Below, in pieces: positions 11,565 to 19,801 of a stretch of DNA of 64,000 nt (position 1 is its first letter; each line of letters opens with the position of its first letter). The stretch lies in contig JBAZZR010000001.1 in assembly GCA_041658665.1 (NCBI GenBank), positions 384,576-448,575 on the forward strand, read 5' to 3'. The position numbers and the translations under genes were made by a program. The notes beneath the pieces are model-generated. The model worked only from the letters and a program-made list of their open reading frames with translations, had not been told where the DNA came from and did not search any database. Source of the DNA: Patescibacteria group bacterium (GTDB lineage: Bacteria > Patescibacteriota > Patescibacteriia > Patescibacteriales > UBA12465).

Positions 11565-11867
11565 TCCCGGGTAGCGCAGCGGTAGCGCAGTTGGCTGTGA
11601 ACAATAAACGCAGCTTCCTCAGGTAACTGAGGTCGAATAACGAGGTGAATTGTCTGGAAGCCTAAATCCGTAAGGACATGGTAATCAGCAGCCAAGCCCT
11701 GACTTGTCAGGAAAGGTTCAGAGACTATCTCGAAAGAGAGTAGGTCCGTCTAGGAGACGGCCCGAAGCGCCTCGCGCCCTTATAGGGTGATGATATAGTC
11801 CACCCCATTAAGAAATTAGTGGATAAGTGTAACCAATTGGTCGTCGGTTCGAATCCGACCCCGGGAG
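11565..11867 (+). tRNA. tRNA-Asn(GUU) interrupted in the anticodon loop by a group I intron
   Basis: Exon 1 is 11565-11598 and exon 2 is 11830-11867. Together they fold into a full cloverleaf: acceptor TCCCGGG/CCCGGGA, D-arm GCGC-AGCGGTA-GCGC, anticodon stem GTTGG/CCAAT, T-arm GTCGG-TTCGAAT-CCGAC. The joined loop CTGTTAA gives anticodon GTT. U1:A72 and G73 fit bacterial tRNA-Asn. No encoded CCA. Confidence 0.8.
11599..11829 (+). ncRNA. Group I self-splicing intron (small, ORF-less, tRNA-type/IC3-like)
   Basis: P1 forms between exon GGCTGT and intron GCAGCT (11610-11615), with a U.G wobble at the splice site. Core strings GGACATGGTAATCAGCAGCCAAGCCC, GGTTCAGAGACTA and GATATAGTCC parallel the Tetrahymena/Azoarcus cores. 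GAAA and GTAA-type hairpins are present. The terminal base is G. Confidence 0.8.
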
Positions 11868-11873
11868 CTAAAT

Positions 11874-11906
11874 AAAAATAGAGGCTAATAGCCTCTATTT
11901 TTATTT
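11874..11906 (+). terminator. Intrinsic terminator after the tRNA
   Basis: ATAGAGGC-TAATA-GCCTCTAT hairpin followed by TTTTTATTT. Confidence 0.7.
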
Positions 11907-11907
11907 C

Positions 11908-12088
11908 ATCTTCAGGATTTAGGGATTCGAACAGGTCAGAAGCGAAACAAGTTCGAGACGCTATTTCGAGCGGCGAGAACGCAGGTGAGCGTCGCTAAGC
12001 CCGCCCCGGGCGGGCTTAGCGCTGACCCAGGGCAAGTGAGCGACGCGGAAGCGGAGCGAGCGCGATAATCCCTATCCCCGAGCAGTTT
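11908..12088 (+). other. GC-rich structured element (candidate small RNA or recombination site)
   Basis: No ORF, yet much more GC-rich than its surroundings. 13-bp GC hairpin CGCTAAGCCCGCC-CCG-GGCGGGCTTAGCG (11993-12021). Closing pair TAGGGATT (11920-27) / AATCCCTA (12067-74). Sits between two terminators. Confidence 0.35.
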
Positions 12089-12116
12089 TAAATAGCCCTG
12101 AAACAGGGCTATTTTT
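12089..12116 (+). terminator. Intrinsic terminator closing the GC-rich element
   Basis: ATAGCCCTG-AAA-CAGGGCTAT hairpin followed by TTTTT. Confidence 0.65.
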
Positions 12117-12161
12117 GATATGGAGTTTATTGCCTTAGAACAGTATGTTATAATTAAATAT

Positions 12162-12695
12162 ATGAATGAAGAACTATTTGATATTTATGATGAGCAGAAT
12201 AAGCCACTTGGAATGACAAAATCCAGGTCGATTGTGCATAAAGATGGCTCTTGGCACAGAGTAGTGCATATTTATGTTATTAACGACCAGGGACAATATT
12301 TGGTTCATCTCCGCTCTCCTTATAAAGATTTACACCCTAACTGTTGGGATGCCCGCCTTGGTGGTCATGTTGTTGCTGGCATGGATTACGACCAGACTGC
12401 AATTGAGGAATTAAAGCAGGAGATTGGAATTACAGTGAGCCTTAATAATCTAATTTCCAGTAAAATACACAAAAGTGATAACGGCACCAACAGAGAACAT
12501 AGTAAAATATATTTTTATAAATATAATGGCGAACTAACCGATTTACAATTTAACGATAACGAAGTGGTTGAAGTAAAATGGATGTCCCCTGACGATATCA
12601 TCAAATCCATAGAACAAAATCCACAAATTTGGACGACCACCATAAAAGGTTTCCGGGGCATAAATCTTATTCAAGATTCCTTATGGAACAGATAA
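12162..12695 (+). CDS. NUDIX hydrolase
   Basis: Nudix box GGHVVAGMDYDQTAIEELKQEIGI. The ORF opens at 12120, but that codon abuts the terminator. ATG 12162 follows an extended -10 (TGTTATAAT, 12143-12151), so the mRNA may be near-leaderless. Confidence 0.7.
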   Translation: MNEELFDIYDEQNKPLGMTKSRSIVHKDGSWHRVVHIYVINDQGQYLVHLRSPYKDLHPNCWDARLGGHVVAGMDYDQTAIEELKQEIGITVSLNNLISSKIHKSDNGTNREHSKIYFYKYNGELTDLQFNDNEVVEVKWMSPDDIIKSIEQNPQIWTTTIKGFRGINLIQDSLWNR

Positions 12696-12699
12696 ATAA

Positions 12700-12759
12700 G
12701 TTCCAACTATATCCCAACCTCGGAGCATAGAAAAGACGAGAGTAAAATCTCGTTTTTTT
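12700..12759 (+). repeat. Junction module copy: tRNA-3'-end-like segment plus terminator hairpin
   Basis: GTTCCAACTATATCCCAACCTCGGAGCA differs at 2 of 28 positions from the copy at 14966. Followed by an ACGAGA/TCTCGT hairpin and a T-run. Confidence 0.5.
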
Positions 12760-12826
12760 ATGATAAGTAATTATAGTATGATAAATAACAATAAATATTA
12801 ATGTTAAATAAGCCAAAATATAGTTA

Positions 12827-12855
12827 TTGACATTACTGCTTATATAAGCTAAAAT
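12827..12855 (+). promoter_or_regulatory. Sigma-70-type promoter for the fic gene
   Basis: TTGACA, 17-nt spacer, TAAAAT. Confidence 0.5.
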
Positions 12856-12881
12856 TTACAGTATAATGTTAAATAAATAAA

Positions 12882-14075
12882 ATGACTAATGTAAATAATG
12901 CAAAATTTAAAGATATTCCTTTAAAGCTTTATGACCCCAAATGGGGCAGTCAATTAGCTAATGCTGTTATTGAGCTTGAAAAATTAAGGGTTAAAAAGCT
13001 TGGTGGCCCTGTTCCTCCATATATCTTTTTTCAAATAAAAGATATTTTTCAGATTTTAGAGAGCTTGGGCTCAGCCAGAATTGAAGGAAATCATACTACT
13101 TTAGCTGAATTTGTGGAAAAGATTATTGATAATCCTAACAGGCAAACTAAAATAGAAAAAGATAGGGAGATTTTTAATATTGAAAGAGCAATAGATTTTA
13201 TCGAAAAAAATGTAGATAGTAAAACAAAAATTAGCCGTGCTTTCATCTCGGAAATACACAAAATTTTAGTTGATGGTTTAACCCCACCTCCCGGCGGAGA
13301 AGGTTCAAGATATCCGGGTGAAATGCGCCACGAGAATGTTGTTATTACAAAATCAAATCATATTCCGCCAGAAGCTATAAAAGTTTCTGATTATTTTAAC
13401 GAGTTGATTACATTTATTAATCAGCCTATCGAATCCCAATATCATCTTTTAGCGATAGCCATATCTCATCATCGTATGGCTTGGATACATCCTTTTGATA
13501 ATGGTAATGGACGTTTAGTGAGAATGTTTACTTATGCCCTCCTGATTAAGCAGGGTTTTCAGGTTAAAAGCGGTAGGATTTTGAATCCGACGGCCGTATT
13601 TTGCATGGATAGGGATAAGTATTATGATATGCTAGCGCTAGCTGATTCCGGGGAAGAAGAAAAAACATTGGAATGGTGCTTATACGTTCTAGAGGGACTA
13701 CGAACAGAAATAGAAAAAATTGATAAGCTTCTTAATATTTTTTATATTACCAATAACATTCTTTTACCGATGTTATCCTTTGCCTTCGAAAATCAGTATA
13801 TTACTAAACGTGAACATGAAATTCTTTCGGCACTAGTAAAAAGTAAAAAAATGATTATCAAATCTTCTGATTTAATAAAAATGATTGGGAAGGAATCCCC
13901 TGTACAGCGATCAAGAATATTAAGAAGACTAAAGGAAAAACATATGTTAATTCCTCTAGAAGATAAAGGTAGGGTATATACAATCGGATTTGCCAATAAT
14001 TATCTATTGCGTGGGATGATACATATTCTTGAAAAAAATGATTTTATTCCTTTATCTCTAAATAATAAAAATTAA
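12882..14075 (+). CDS. Fic family protein (AMPylase-type) with C-terminal winged-helix-like domain
   Basis: 397 aa. Canonical Fic motif HPFDNGNGR. N-terminal SARIEG matches the (S/T)xxxE(G/N) auto-inhibitory helix motif. Confidence 0.85.
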   Translation: MTNVNNAKFKDIPLKLYDPKWGSQLANAVIELEKLRVKKLGGPVPPYIFFQIKDIFQILESLGSARIEGNHTTLAEFVEKIIDNPNRQTKIEKDREIFNIERAIDFIEKNVDSKTKISRAFISEIHKILVDGLTPPPGGEGSRYPGEMRHENVVITKSNHIPPEAIKVSDYFNELITFINQPIESQYHLLAIAISHHRMAWIHPFDNGNGRLVRMFTYALLIKQGFQVKSGRILNPTAVFCMDRDKYYDMLALADSGEEEKTLEWCLYVLEGLRTEIEKIDKLLNIFYITNNILLPMLSFAFENQYITKREHEILSALVKSKKMIIKSSDLIKMIGKESPVQRSRILRRLKEKHMLIPLEDKGRVYTIGFANNYLLRGMIHILEKNDFIPLSLNNKN

Positions 14076-14085
14076 AATAAATTAT

Positions 14086-14277
14086 ATGGACAAAGAAACA
14101 TGTAAAAAGTGCGGTAGCGAAAACATTGTTATGGTCGAATATGAGCCAGGAAGTCCGGAGCATTATGATGGCGTTAGCGAAATCCAATGCCGAGATTGTG
14201 GAGCTCGTTTTGGTAGATGGTCAGGTAAAGAATTAGCTAAAGGGGAAATAGAAAAACGTTGGGGAAAGAGCGAATAA
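14086..14277 (+). CDS. Small zinc-ribbon protein
   Basis: 63 aa with two CxxC pairs (CKKCGS...CRDCGA). Starts 10 nt after the fic stop. Confidence 0.55.
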   Translation: MDKETCKKCGSENIVMVEYEPGSPEHYDGVSEIQCRDCGARFGRWSGKELAKGEIEKRWGKSE

Positions 14278-14308
14278 TATAATTATTTCAAATCCAATAT
14301 TGATAAAT

Positions 14309-14338
14309 AAAAAGCACCTTTAAATGAGGTGCTTTTTT
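14309..14338 (+). terminator. Intrinsic terminator
   Basis: GCACCT-N7-AGGTGC hairpin followed by TTTTTT. Confidence 0.7.
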
Positions 14339-14424
14339 GACTTTTCGCTAAAATTATGGGATTATTAAAAAAAGATAAAGAAAAGATAAAATATTTATAA
14401 TTTTTCCAATAACACTTTAGCCTC

Positions 14425-14490
14425 GCTTCGAACATCGTCAGCGACTCCGAGCAAATAGACAAAATAGCACTAATGTGCTATTTTTGTTGT
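14425..14490 (+). repeat. Junction module copy (tRNA-3'-end-like segment plus terminator) with no ORF in front
   Basis: GCTTCGAACATCGTCAGCGACTCCGAGCA, then an AAAATAGCAC-TAAT-GTGCTATTTT hairpin. Confidence 0.5.
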
Positions 14491-14513
14491 ATAAATAAAC
14501 ATTTAATAATTTT

Positions 14514-14909
14514 ATGGATTCAAGTAATTGGTACTCACAATTAGTTAAACCATCTTGGGCGCCACCATCATGGTTATTTGGCCCAGTATGGTCATTCCTG
14601 TACGTTCTTATATTAGTTTCTTTTAGTAAGGTTGTTTTAATGTTTATTGAAAAGAAGATATCATTTCTAGTGTTTTTGCCGTTTATTCTTAATATTATTT
14701 TTAATTTATCTTTTACCTATTTCCAGTTTGGCCTTAAAAGTAATATATTAGCAGCTATAGATATATTGTTTGTATTAGGAACATTAATTTGGGCGATTAT
14801 AGTTATTTATCCTCACTCACACTGGGTGTCTTATGCTCAAATTCCATATCTTCTTTGGGTCGCTTTTGCGACTGTGCTTCAATTAACTATTACATACTTA
14901 AATAAATAA
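14514..14909 (+). CDS. tspO: TspO/MBR family tryptophan-rich sensory protein
   Basis: 131 aa, multi-TM. N-terminal WYSQLVKPSWAPPSWLFGPVWSFLY signature. Confidence 0.75.
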   Translation: MDSSNWYSQLVKPSWAPPSWLFGPVWSFLYVLILVSFSKVVLMFIEKKISFLVFLPFILNIIFNLSFTYFQFGLKSNILAAIDILFVLGTLIWAIIVIYPHSHWVSYAQIPYLLWVAFATVLQLTITYLNK

Positions 14910-14965
14910 AATTTTAATTATAATTAAGAGAATAAAAAAATATATTTCAAAGACTAGTTAAAAAT

Positions 14966-15030
14966 GTTCCAACCATATCTCAACCTCGGAGCAAGTAGAC
15001 AAAATAGCACTTTCGTGCTATTTTTGTTAT
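14966..15030 (+). repeat. Junction module copy (tRNA-3'-end-like segment plus terminator)
   Basis: GTTCCAACCATATCTCAACCTCGGAGCA, then an AAAATAGCAC-TTTC-GTGCTATTTT hairpin with the same stem as the copy at 14461. Confidence 0.5.
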
Positions 15031-15058
15031 TAATGAATTAAATAATATACAAGTTTCT

Positions 15059-15535
15059 ATGGAAGCAACATTACTTAAAATTATAGAAATACTAAAAAAA
15101 TTAAACATAAAGCCCGTAATATATGGGTCCTTTGGAGTCTCCTATTATCTTGGTGACTTTAAGCAGTTTGGCGATCTCGATCTTTTGGTAGAGGATAAGT
15201 TCATTGATAATAATTGGGAAGAATTTAAGACATTTCTTTCGTCACATAACTTTGTTGTAATTAATGAGAAAGAACATGAGTTTTTATTTGATAATTTTAA
15301 GATTGGGTTTGCTAAAAAAAGTATACTAGTAAAAGATGGGATAATTGAAGATTACACAGACCTCGCAAAGTACGGGAAAGTTGATGCCTATACTTTACGG
15401 CCCGAACATTTTTTAGCCGTCTACAGATTTAGCTTAAAGGATGGTTACAGACTCGCCAATAGATTAAAAAAAGACCAGGAGATTATTGATAAAATAATAG
15501 AATATATAAAAGTGAATAAGATAGACGCGGATTAA
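15059..15535 (+). CDS. Putative nucleotidyltransferase-fold protein
   Basis: 158 aa. The N-terminal YGSFGVS...GDLDLLV pattern resembles the GS-x-DxD minimal NTase motif. The assignment is tentative. Confidence 0.4.
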   Translation: MEATLLKIIEILKKLNIKPVIYGSFGVSYYLGDFKQFGDLDLLVEDKFIDNNWEEFKTFLSSHNFVVINEKEHEFLFDNFKIGFAKKSILVKDGIIEDYTDLAKYGKVDAYTLRPEHFLAVYRFSLKDGYRLANRLKKDQEIIDKIIEYIKVNKIDAD

Positions 15536-15679
15536 GTCTTAAATTATCACCTAATCTTAGCCACACTATACTGATAATATTGTTTCATTTGCTAAATAGT
15601 TCATGTGTCGGCTTAAGCCTTTGCTATGCTCGAACCTTTATATTTATTTTGTTATAATAAGAATATATTTGAATAAAAA

Positions 15680-17191
15680 ATGAAAAAATACGATTACGTT
15701 ATTATTGGCGCAGGTATAGGGGGCTTAACCGTGGCATCATTATTGGCTAAATCAGGTAAGTCTGTTTGTATTGTTGAGGGTAATAAAGTTTTGGGTGGTT
15801 ATGCCCATACACTTAAAAAAGGTAAATATTCTTTTTGTCACGAAGTTCAATATCTAATGGGCTGTCAGTCTGATGGGCCAATGATCCGCTTCTTTAAGCA
15901 GATCGGTATTGCCAACGATATAAAATTCAACGAGCTCAATCAGAAGGCTTTTGATTTAGTTAGTTTTGATAATTTGAAAGTAGGCATACCGCACGGCCTT
16001 GGCAGTTTTGAAAAAGAAATTATTGGGATGTATTTAAAGTATACCAAGCAGATAAAAAAGTATTTTAATGTTATTGAAACAATTTTTAACACTTCCGACG
16101 CTTATGAAAAAATCCTTGAAACGAATGATGTTTTGCTGCATCCTATAAAACATCGCTCGATTATAAAATATAAAAATTACACACTTCACGATTTTTTTGA
16201 AGAACTAAAATTGCCTCAAGAATTGAGAGCCGTGTTGGCTGGTCAGGCAGGAAATTTATGTGCCAGCCCTAAACAAGTGTCACTTTTAATGCACTCAGCT
16301 ATGCAGGTTGCTTATTGCAAGAGTGCCCATTTTCCTAAAAAAGGTATGGAGTTTGTTGTGAACAAGATCGCCGAAAAAATAACTAAGAATAAGAATAACA
16401 AGATAATTACTGATTGTCTTGTTAAAAAAATTAATTGTAATAAAGACAGAATAATCTCTATTGAAACTGTAAAGGGCACGATTTTCGGCGATAATTTTAT
16501 TTCCAATATCGACCCTAAGCAGACTTATAATTTAATTGATGATAGGAGGTTATCTTGCAAACTACATAAAAAGTTTAATTACGATTATACTAATTCGGCT
16601 TTTACGATTTATCTTGGCTTGAAAAATGTTAATTTGAAAAAATATGGTTTTGGTAAGATGAACATTTGGCATCACTCAACCTTTGATATTGATAAAGAGT
16701 TTAGGGATGAGATTAAAAAGGATGACTTTTCTCATCCTTGGCTGTTCATTTCAACGCCTTCAATGTTAACTGAAAAGGGTATAGTCTGTCCCAAAGGCCA
16801 TCATACAATGGAGATATTGACATTTGTTGATTACGATTACTTTAAAACATTGTACGATAAAGATAAAAATAAGTTTGAATACTTGAAAAATCACATCTAT
16901 AATCACATTCTTGATATTATCGATCAGCATTATCTGCCTAATATCCGAAAATATATAGATGAAAAAATTGTGCATACGCCAATCGACATAGAAAAACTGC
17001 TTCATTCCCCTAAGGGTAACGTTTATGGGTGTAGTTTAACCCCTGACAATTATAGTCTTGGTCGAATAAATTCAAATACTTATTTTGAGAATATGCACTT
17101 TGTTGGGGCAGCTTCTTCTTACCCTGGTGTAATGGGAGTTACTATCGGAGGAATGGATTTGTTTAAAAAATTAAGTAGTGAAAATAATTGA
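15680..17191 (+). CDS. FAD/NAD(P)-dependent oxidoreductase, phytoene desaturase (CrtI)-like family
   Basis: 503 aa. N-terminal dinucleotide-binding motif DYVIIGAGIGGLTVASLLAKSGKSVCIVE. Length and C-terminal GAASSYPG motif fit the CrtI-like family. Confidence 0.75.
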   Translation: MKKYDYVIIGAGIGGLTVASLLAKSGKSVCIVEGNKVLGGYAHTLKKGKYSFCHEVQYLMGCQSDGPMIRFFKQIGIANDIKFNELNQKAFDLVSFDNLKVGIPHGLGSFEKEIIGMYLKYTKQIKKYFNVIETIFNTSDAYEKILETNDVLLHPIKHRSIIKYKNYTLHDFFEELKLPQELRAVLAGQAGNLCASPKQVSLLMHSAMQVAYCKSAHFPKKGMEFVVNKIAEKITKNKNNKIITDCLVKKINCNKDRIISIETVKGTIFGDNFISNIDPKQTYNLIDDRRLSCKLHKKFNYDYTNSAFTIYLGLKNVNLKKYGFGKMNIWHHSTFDIDKEFRDEIKKDDFSHPWLFISTPSMLTEKGIVCPKGHHTMEILTFVDYDYFKTLYDKDKNKFEYLKNHIYNHILDIIDQHYLPNIRKYIDEKIVHTPIDIEKLLHSPKGNVYGCSLTPDNYSLGRINSNTYFENMHFVGAASSYPGVMGVTIGGMDLFKKLSSENN

Positions 17192-17350
17192 TATTGAAAA
17201 TATTTGTTTTTAACATCTTCGAAGAGGATTCGAAGTTATTAGGTTGACCAAAAATAATTATATTTATATTAAACATGAAAGAAATTGTGCCCTTGCTTTG
17301 TATTAGAAGCAAAGGTCGAGTAAAATAATAAATTAATAAATTTTAAGTAT

Positions 17351-17758
17351 ATGAAAAAATCTATATTAAGTTTGGGTGTTTTAGCAATCGTTATTTTGGT
17401 CGGATTATCTGCTAGTGCTGTTTTAGCTTATCAGGGAAATCCTACAATTAAAGGGCCAAACTACTCGGCTGATCGTCATGCAGCCATGGAACAAGCTTTT
17501 GAAAATCATGACTATAATGCTTGGAAAAGTCTGATGACTGGAAATGGCCGAGTTAGGCAAGTTGTAAATAGTGAAAATTTTGCTAAGTTTGCCGAAGCTC
17601 ATGAATTAACTGAACAAGGCAAAAATGCCGAAGCACAAAAAATTCGTCAAGATCTAGGTTTAGGTTTAAATAATGGTTCCGGCAACGGATGTGGCCTCGG
17701 GAATGGCAGTGGTAAGGGTGGCTGCAAAATGAACGCTGGTTGCGGTTTAAATCGCTAA
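17351..17758 (+). CDS. Secreted small protein with Gly/Cys-rich C-terminus
   Basis: 135 aa. Signal peptide (…SASAVLA/YQ), a helical middle, and a C-terminal GSGNGCGLGNGSGKGGCKMNAGCG tail. Confidence 0.55.
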   Translation: MKKSILSLGVLAIVILVGLSASAVLAYQGNPTIKGPNYSADRHAAMEQAFENHDYNAWKSLMTGNGRVRQVVNSENFAKFAEAHELTEQGKNAEAQKIRQDLGLGLNNGSGNGCGLGNGSGKGGCKMNAGCGLNR

Positions 17759-17841
17759 AACATTTTGTTTTATTATTCACTAGGCCTCGGTTAATTCGGG
17801 GCCTGGTGTATAGTTGGGTGTGATTTGTTATAATTGATACT

Positions 17842-18384
17842 ATGAGTAAAAATATTATACTTTCCGATGAAGAAATCATTGAAAGAGTCCGATCGGAAGA
17901 TCAGGAGCTTTATTCTCTTATAATTGAAAGATATCAGGATAAGCTTTTACGTTACGCGACAAATTTAATTCAAGACGAACACAACGCCGCCGATATAGTA
18001 CAAGAAGCCTTTATTAAAGCATTTATAAATTTACGAGGGTTTAATACGAAAAAGAAATTTTCTAGCTGGATTTATCGCATCGTTCATAATGAATCAATAA
18101 ATATAGCTAAAAAATATCAAAGAGAAGTGCCAATCTTAGAAAATGTAGATTTTAAAAGTGAAGAAAATATTGAACTTAATTTTGAAAAAAAGGAAATTAT
18201 GGAAAAAGTTGAAAAATGCTTTGCAAAGATGCCGTTATTATACGCTGAGCCACTTCGTTTATTTTATATTGATGAAAAATCTTATGAAGAAATAAGCGAT
18301 ATTTTAAGATTGCCAATGGGGACGGTCGCAACCCGGGTTAATAGAGCAAAAATATTAATTAAACATATATGCCAAAAGAACTAA
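17842..18384 (+). CDS. ECF-type RNA polymerase sigma factor
   Basis: 180 aa. Region 2 (DIVQEAFIKAF...WIYRIVHNE) and region 4 (SYEEISDILRLPMGTVATRVNRAK) are present. Confidence 0.8.
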   Translation: MSKNIILSDEEIIERVRSEDQELYSLIIERYQDKLLRYATNLIQDEHNAADIVQEAFIKAFINLRGFNTKKKFSSWIYRIVHNESINIAKKYQREVPILENVDFKSEENIELNFEKKEIMEKVEKCFAKMPLLYAEPLRLFYIDEKSYEEISDILRLPMGTVATRVNRAKILIKHICQKN

Positions 18385-18830
18385 AACATATAACTAATGA
18401 TATAATGGGCGAAATTCGTCATGGGAAATTAAAAATGCGTCCCAAGATTTATTTTATTGTTGGCTCGATTCTTGTTTTTATAAGTTTAATATTATCAGCG
18501 TTAAGTTCTATTTTTCTTTTTGGCTTAATAAGATTCTCCTTACGCTCTCATGGTCCAATGGAGCAGTATCGCTGGGAGCAGCTTTTAGCTAGTTTTCCTT
18601 GGTGGACAGTAATTTTTGCTTTTTTAGGACTGTTAGTGGGAATTTGGCTACTTCGTAAATATGATTTTTCTTATAAAATAGATTTTAAAATATTAATAAT
18701 CGGGTTTGTGGCGGTTATAATTATTACCGGGTACTTAGTAGATGCCATTGGTCTAAATGATATATTTTCTCGTCAGGGATGTATGAATAGAATTTATGGT
18801 AGAAATAATTGTTCTCGGATTATTAAGTAA
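18369..18830 (+). CDS. Membrane protein, possible anti-sigma partner
   Basis: 153 aa with about 4 TM helices. Overlaps the ECF sigma stop by 16 nt, suggesting translational coupling. No recognisable anti-sigma domain. Confidence 0.45.
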   Translation: MPKELKHITNDIMGEIRHGKLKMRPKIYFIVGSILVFISLILSALSSIFLFGLIRFSLRSHGPMEQYRWEQLLASFPWWTVIFAFLGLLVGIWLLRKYDFSYKIDFKILIIGFVAVIIITGYLVDAIGLNDIFSRQGCMNRIYGRNNCSRIIK

Positions 18831-18876
18831 ATTTACTAAAATATAATGAAAATTTTTTAAAAATAATATAAATATT

Positions 18877-19773
18877 ATGCATCAAAGAAATGAGGGGATA
18901 CTCGATCGACTAATTAGAATAGTATTAGCAGAGATTTTTTTTCTTTTAGCTTTTTTTTGGTTCGGAGGCATTGCACAGATAGTTTTGTATATTTTAAGTT
19001 TAATGATGATTGTAACGGCCGCTATGGGTTTTTGCGGGTTGTATAAATTAATTGGATTTAATACCAATAAGAATAATAAGAAGATATCAAGGATACTAAT
19101 TGTTGTTTTTATTACTATTTTTTTAACGATCGCTATTGCTGGAAGTTATTATAGCAGTTTCTTTACTAGAAAATTTTTTCTAGAAGATTATAATGTAATG
19201 AATAATTATTATAAACAAACATTATTTAATACTGGACAAGAAAAAAGGTCAGAATCAATTTCTAATTATGATAATTTGGTTTTAGAATATGCTAAGTTTT
19301 CGACAAAGTACTCCAATTACCATCCTCGTGTTGTTGCTAATGATAAGAATTTTAATTCCGACTTAGCCAAAGTTTCAGTGCTTATCATAAATTTAAAAGG
19401 TAAGGTTTATGTGGGTGATCTAAAGGAAGCCCATACTAATTTCGAAGAGGTTCGTCCGATTTTTCAAGATATCTTGAAGCGCAATAGTTTTTCTATGTTG
19501 GCCGTGTATTTAGTCGATTTTCATGATTCCATGGAGAAGGTAATCGCCGAGGCGGATAAACAAAATATAGCAGGAGTTATTGACACATATATTGATGCTA
19601 ATGGTAAATTAATGACCGTTGAGGAGGTGGCTAACGATGATGAAATTAAGGTAATTAGAAATAACCTGGAAGCATTGTTGAATTTAGCTAAATCAGGGGG
19701 CACTGAAAGCTTGTCCGCTAAAGCGGCTGAGTTAAAAAGCAGCTTTGTTAAAGTTTATTTGAAGCGGGGATAA
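18877..19773 (+). CDS. Membrane protein with DUF2892-like N-terminus and helical C-terminal domain
   Basis: 298 aa. The N-terminal LDRLIRIVLA... two-TM segment resembles the YgaP/DUF2892 module. The rest is unassigned. Confidence 0.5.
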   Translation: MHQRNEGILDRLIRIVLAEIFFLLAFFWFGGIAQIVLYILSLMMIVTAAMGFCGLYKLIGFNTNKNNKKISRILIVVFITIFLTIAIAGSYYSSFFTRKFFLEDYNVMNNYYKQTLFNTGQEKRSESISNYDNLVLEYAKFSTKYSNYHPRVVANDKNFNSDLAKVSVLIINLKGKVYVGDLKEAHTNFEEVRPIFQDILKRNSFSMLAVYLVDFHDSMEKVIAEADKQNIAGVIDTYIDANGKLMTVEEVANDDEIKVIRNNLEALLNLAKSGGTESLSAKAAELKSSFVKVYLKRG

Positions 19774-19801
19774 TCATGGTTTCTATTATCTCTCTTTTTT
19801 T

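Noticed and set aside
11915-11945. GGGATTCGAAC looked like the T-arm of a minus-strand tRNA.
   Set aside because: The flanking bases (ACCTG / CCCTA on the minus strand) cannot form a T-stem, and no acceptor or anticodon arms can be built.
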